Source: Calditrichaceae bacterium
GTDB lineage: Bacteria; Calditrichota; Calditrichia; Calditrichales; JBFXGD01
NCBI GenBank assembly: GCA_050173015.1
Contig: JBFXLE010000009.1
Span: forward strand, 64,001 to 128,000
Length of the DNA stretch: 64,000 bases
Reading direction: 5' to 3'
This document shows, piece by piece, positions 62,701 through 64,000 of the stretch. A program made the translations under genes and the position numbers. How positions within the stretch are numbered: position 1 is the stretch's first letter; each line of letters opens with the position of its first letter. The notes beneath the pieces are model-generated. The model did no database searches and had not been told where the DNA came from. It was given only the letters and a program-made list of their open reading frames with translations.

Positions 62701-62809
62701 GATAAAATCTATCGAGAAGAAATTGTTTCTGCAAAAGAAATTAACAAGATCTAAATTTGAAGATTCAGTTCTAATGAATAATCAAGCAATTAGTGTGACA
62801 AAAATTTGA
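56738..62809 (+). CDS. PD-(D/E)xK nuclease - STAND/NACHT NTPase - helical repeat protein, Avs/NLR-like (cassette 7)
   Basis: N-terminal AAMGGYLPQ...KLDDI...AYQVKW nuclease motif, Walker A GGPGSGKST, Walker B ILIDGLD, EGHPLYL (GxP), long helical C-terminus. ATG 56738 is preferred over track start 56708. Confidence 0.85.
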   Translation: MNEEIVSASGERAAMGGYLPQFDEFAWFVYLNLINKKLEWIRIADSKAEKLDDIQYSTHSEIHAYQVKWTIADANISFANFTDLFPLITSSWKSLKTANPSKKIIPHLITNKPISSHDSLKVGDTKIGSFQDFVSEVWVKLKSNQSIDDKWKQVLEELKKSSKLNDSEFGEFIISFDFQPDYKQKQFSIGNIKYSKEDEDLQQISRYIVQKVASPKRVVEFTRQEIIKELGWSDRFKTIFNHELIVDRQRYQPIQSTIDLLNSKLEEHKNGYLFLLGGPGSGKSTLLNQWSKGLKTRIIRYYAFDFVNPSSHLNFYERGNATHLFFDLVFQLKEAGIYKRDILPYKDLLFLKDVFNEQLSAIGEDFVTNGQSTIILIDGLDHVPREYKSTTNSFLRELPLPSSLPNGVFIILGSQSYELEDIQQEIKTEFQKGNRTIQIDPLKKEEVYKYIDNLDTSIQLNGSQKLQIFEKSEGHPLYLSYLIEKINNADSINDTIESFEVIDGSIDNYYKKIWEPIQKEDSQIQFLGLIARINGLIKLQFIQEWDFQPSVLKSFREKARFLFNETEKTLSFFHNSFKQFLLHHTSLNYLTDEFDPTINVNYHSQLTDYYVKSEIEKSWKQNHHLFQAKQYDKFISEVTPNSITEQLLNFRPAEEIKQDAKLGVEIARQNKDINTLVRYLFSLAEIERRLFNIDPTSFIEELLYLNKYDLARDYLRTGNTLHCSESYAFKACRLFIESGHKSEGATLYNLAYPEIITDSGIHIDDSHRYEEIRDSLEEWIYTSPYFEATENIFSIIEKIQFSGSIRKNRFEEEESDLLLRLLSNLGYSLVDQNKWDDFNKVIEKIDSRSSRGRNSLFQLIKYAIEQCLDLKDSSRVNEYLSFLTTHFTKEKTKSIGKIFIADLVYKVTRDLNETYSWIKEVEQPSNVGKDQLGYDDSLDAFLPLIKLNKLLNLCGKGVSITSAIPSVAKGTDEEVLVEFERMLCITTQILAEGILQTPMPGDPIKRVFPIVRFYYKEISHRNSYWYKLTQAKGQYYDFLISAVSELGTEKLELLGDYLFSEFKNIPKYWSTSVQRKIIKSLLNKGFNAKKAVIKLRSIEDSMLEGHDIDGRITECLAHSKVWFILGKLDEGEIWLKQAIQESIGVGYRKDYQFSTWIEWLRKINHKDPSKATERIKWFLSHLKHIKETTEGRAYWNASEELLEVAYEHNLEDGLEQAIWQLKNDLIDFKDSIALFIKYFMIKTKSKEEFKSIVQLYSDLYLLLAESANSSLLKSILEKGHEILKEDFLVEHAQAIISAIEIKAYEETRHYLLSEIDNFYTSKGLKAEDYYSRFNIPAKSERNSSSTSSNTLTLKTDHEKIDESEVLKRVTNFEDFKKIIQEEDQANSFFNWSKVIDKIAPLLSSSQIEEITKLARIGRRESDFYAKLSEAALELENTELATSLANKSIELSSESGWVKYYDGGTRINAFNALKRINPAISSNKAFEVFAHDIVTSNYPSSYIEHLEDIVPLLTENYVEEELWHEIYGYLQRLMSNSKPVEDLPVLPSLNRPIIETLVDYMVYLSQSPVSIIKEQSLQLLAKYINQDNDYALTQLLNGRLDDYSSMNVMMKLTAFNSPKVHLLKSKINSLAISNDYQLRESSKQILSSIQEEIPTPKNIELSKVYSFHIPETEKPDFRKEIDPYFPEVDTNDPRDLIRPFEFLIKILSEESGINESNLIYRAYSIMKEIGREEEWSVEYEKKLRNHLEEIYLRYSYPRPRVIAARRAIMHVTNELIDSGTIDDERIQKPFISHDYAVLFFNEIAKPEFIQTIKERDFGGVGNDWLDRIGESERLNESILDYNDNFKIIAEYNQVKNLDWGSPTEEYMYQIAVNEELDEEDNYIFGSVFHQLSSNYHDLRSGGHFIVVVRDHRFDQFDLKSKWIAINPVLARYLGWEPETTKLFAWKNSQGELMAESIYWSNGNINMTPRKDGEVGEGWFVIVSKDGLEKIKSIEKKLFLQKKLTRSKFEDSVLMNNQAISVTKI

Positions 62810-62831
62810 CCATGAATCCAAACGCTCGCAT

Positions 62832-62893
62832 CCATACACATTGGCAAATCGCACAGGACAGCCACACCAGCCAAAATTTGCCAAAGAGTATGG
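62832..62893 (+). repeat. Inner hairpin motif H4 (3' end of cassette 7)
   Basis: CCATAC-ACA-TTGGCAAAT ... ATTTGCCAA-AGA-GTATGG; homologous to H2. Confidence 0.75.
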
Positions 62894-62932
62894 CTGCACC
62901 AACGCCGCCAGAAAAGAAAATGAAAAAGCACG

Positions 62933-63059
62933 GGCATACAACAATGTGTATAATTCATAAGGGTTTCAGCGGATTGCAAGCCGTATCACCCGCATCAAAT
63001 TCGGGTGGTAACTTGATAAGTAAAAAGTTCGCAATCCCTTACGAATCATAGTTAGCTCC
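62933..63059 (+). repeat. attC-like site 7 (right spacer deleted)
   Basis: GGCATACAAC...GTTAGCTCC; arms TATAATTCATAAGGG / CCCTTACGAATCATA joined directly to GTT. Confidence 0.8.
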
Positions 63060-63132
63060 AAGGCTAAAAAATAGAAACAAAAAGAATAAAATGTTTGCCA
63101 AAAGAATAGAAATAAAAGCCACCGCACAGTAA

Positions 63133-63187
63133 GCACATTTGCAATTCGCGCGAGCCGGCGCGAAAACCAAAAATTGCAAAAGATTGC
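63133..63187 (+). repeat. Inner hairpin motif H5 in the terminal cassette stub
   Basis: GC-ACA-TTTGCAATT ... AATTGCAAA-AGA; closest to H2. Confidence 0.65.
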
Positions 63188-63571
63188 AATCTTGCCGGCG
63201 CGTGACTGAATACGAATAGAAAACTATATAATTTGGAATTGAACTAATGAAATTATCACCCGCGCGATTAGAGAACTTGATCCCGGAATTTATCGGATAT
63301 CTTATCCGTTAAGTATAAATAATATCGAAATTATAACTGTACGACATAACACTTTTATCAGAAACAGATCCTAAAAAATAAATCAAAGGCGATACAACAA
63401 CACAATCAAGGTAACAAAAAAGCGGTTACTGTAGATTGTCTCCCTATTATTACACACCGTGGTAGATCATCAGAAACCCGACAAGCGCCGGACGCCGGTT
63501 TTTTGCGCCAAAACGTGGAGGTGATACCTTATGCAAAAAACGATTTTAAAAAATAGTACAGGATTTAAACT

Positions 63572-64000
63572 ATGATAAAAACGATCATTTTTCTCATCGC
63601 CATAAGTATTGCATCGCAACTCAATGCTCAAAGCAAAGAATCTCTTTCTCCAATAATATTTATTTATGATGCCAGTGGCTCTATGTGGGGTCGGATACAA
63701 GGCGAAACAAAAATGGAGATTGGCGCTGATGTCTTATCTGCCGCTGTAAATAGCCTTCCCGATAATCAAAAAACAGGATTTGTCGTCTACGGTCACCGTA
63801 AGGAGGGTGATTGCGCCGATGTGGAGTTTCTGGTTGATGTTGAAAGTGGAACAAAAGCTGATGTTATTCAAGCGGTTAAGGGGATAAAGCCGCTCGGAAA
63901 AACGCCTTTGGCATATTCCGCTTTACAGGTGATGAATAGAATGCGTCAAACCAAATTTAAAGCAACCATTATATTAATTACTGATGGAATAGAATCTTGT
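63572..64000 (+). CDS. Secreted von Willebrand factor A domain protein, truncated by the window edge
   Basis: Manual translation: MIKTIIFLIAISIASQLNAQ...IFIYDASGSMWG (MIDAS DxSxS)...GKTPLAYS...ILITDGIESC. Confidence 0.9.
   Translation, partial: MIKTIIFLIAISIASQLNAQSKESLSPIIFIYDASGSMWGRIQGETKMEIGADVLSAAVNSLPDNQKTGFVVYGHRKEGDCADVEFLVDVESGTKADVIQAVKGIKPLGKTPLAYSALQVMNRMRQTKFKATIILITDGIESC

Larger units (their letters stand above)
41730..63320 (+). mobile_element. Integron-like gene cassette array (7 cassettes in 3 modules), defence-rich
   Basis: Co-oriented AT-rich genes separated by AAC...GTT hairpins; each cassette start matches its own end; three recombinase remnants with attI-like sites. 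Confidence 0.88.

Noticed and set aside
41730-63320. CRISPR array, prophage or IS interpretation of the repeats
   Set aside because: Repeats are 60-260 bp and separated by whole genes; no cas, phage structural or DDE transposase genes, terminal inverted repeats or target duplications were seen.

Overview
Bacterial genomic window in three parts. The host looks Calditrichota-like from the gene set and a HEXXH-type dipeptidyl-peptidase III; this is an inference. (1) Positions 1-12005, minus strand: the start of a lipopeptide-type hybrid cluster, FAAL-ACP-KS-(degenerate AT)-(degenerate KR)-ACP followed by two NRPS genes, running off the left edge. (2) Positions 12785-41698: mostly housekeeping genes (dtxR/mntR-feoA-feoB, ppdK, ansA-deacetylase-GNAT-like-efp, radA, hsp20, tatA, clpB, isocitrate dehydrogenase family, nrnA, aroC, a UGA-containing SelW-like selenoprotein missed by the ORF track, a TPR protein, cystathionine beta-synthase, M64 and M49 peptidases). 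(3) Positions ~41730-63320: an AT-rich integron-like array of seven gene cassettes, all on the + strand. Each cassette starts with a GTT core that is the reverse complement (at most one mismatch) of the AAC core at its own 3' end, and ends in a 127-139 bp attC-like hairpin; five of the seven hairpins share the same two A.C/G.T mismatches. The array is built of three tandem modules, each headed by the same dead C-terminal fragment of a co-oriented tyrosine recombinase that appears to lack the IntI insertion, plus an attI-like site. Cargo is largely anti-phage: type II Thoeris, an AbiJ/HEPN-like gene, a complete type I R-M system invaded by a RAYT and REPs, a ~2000-aa nuclease-STAND (Avs-like) protein, and several unknown genes. 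A second structured repeat family sits just inside both ends of the two large cassettes. A vWA-domain gene starts at the right edge.
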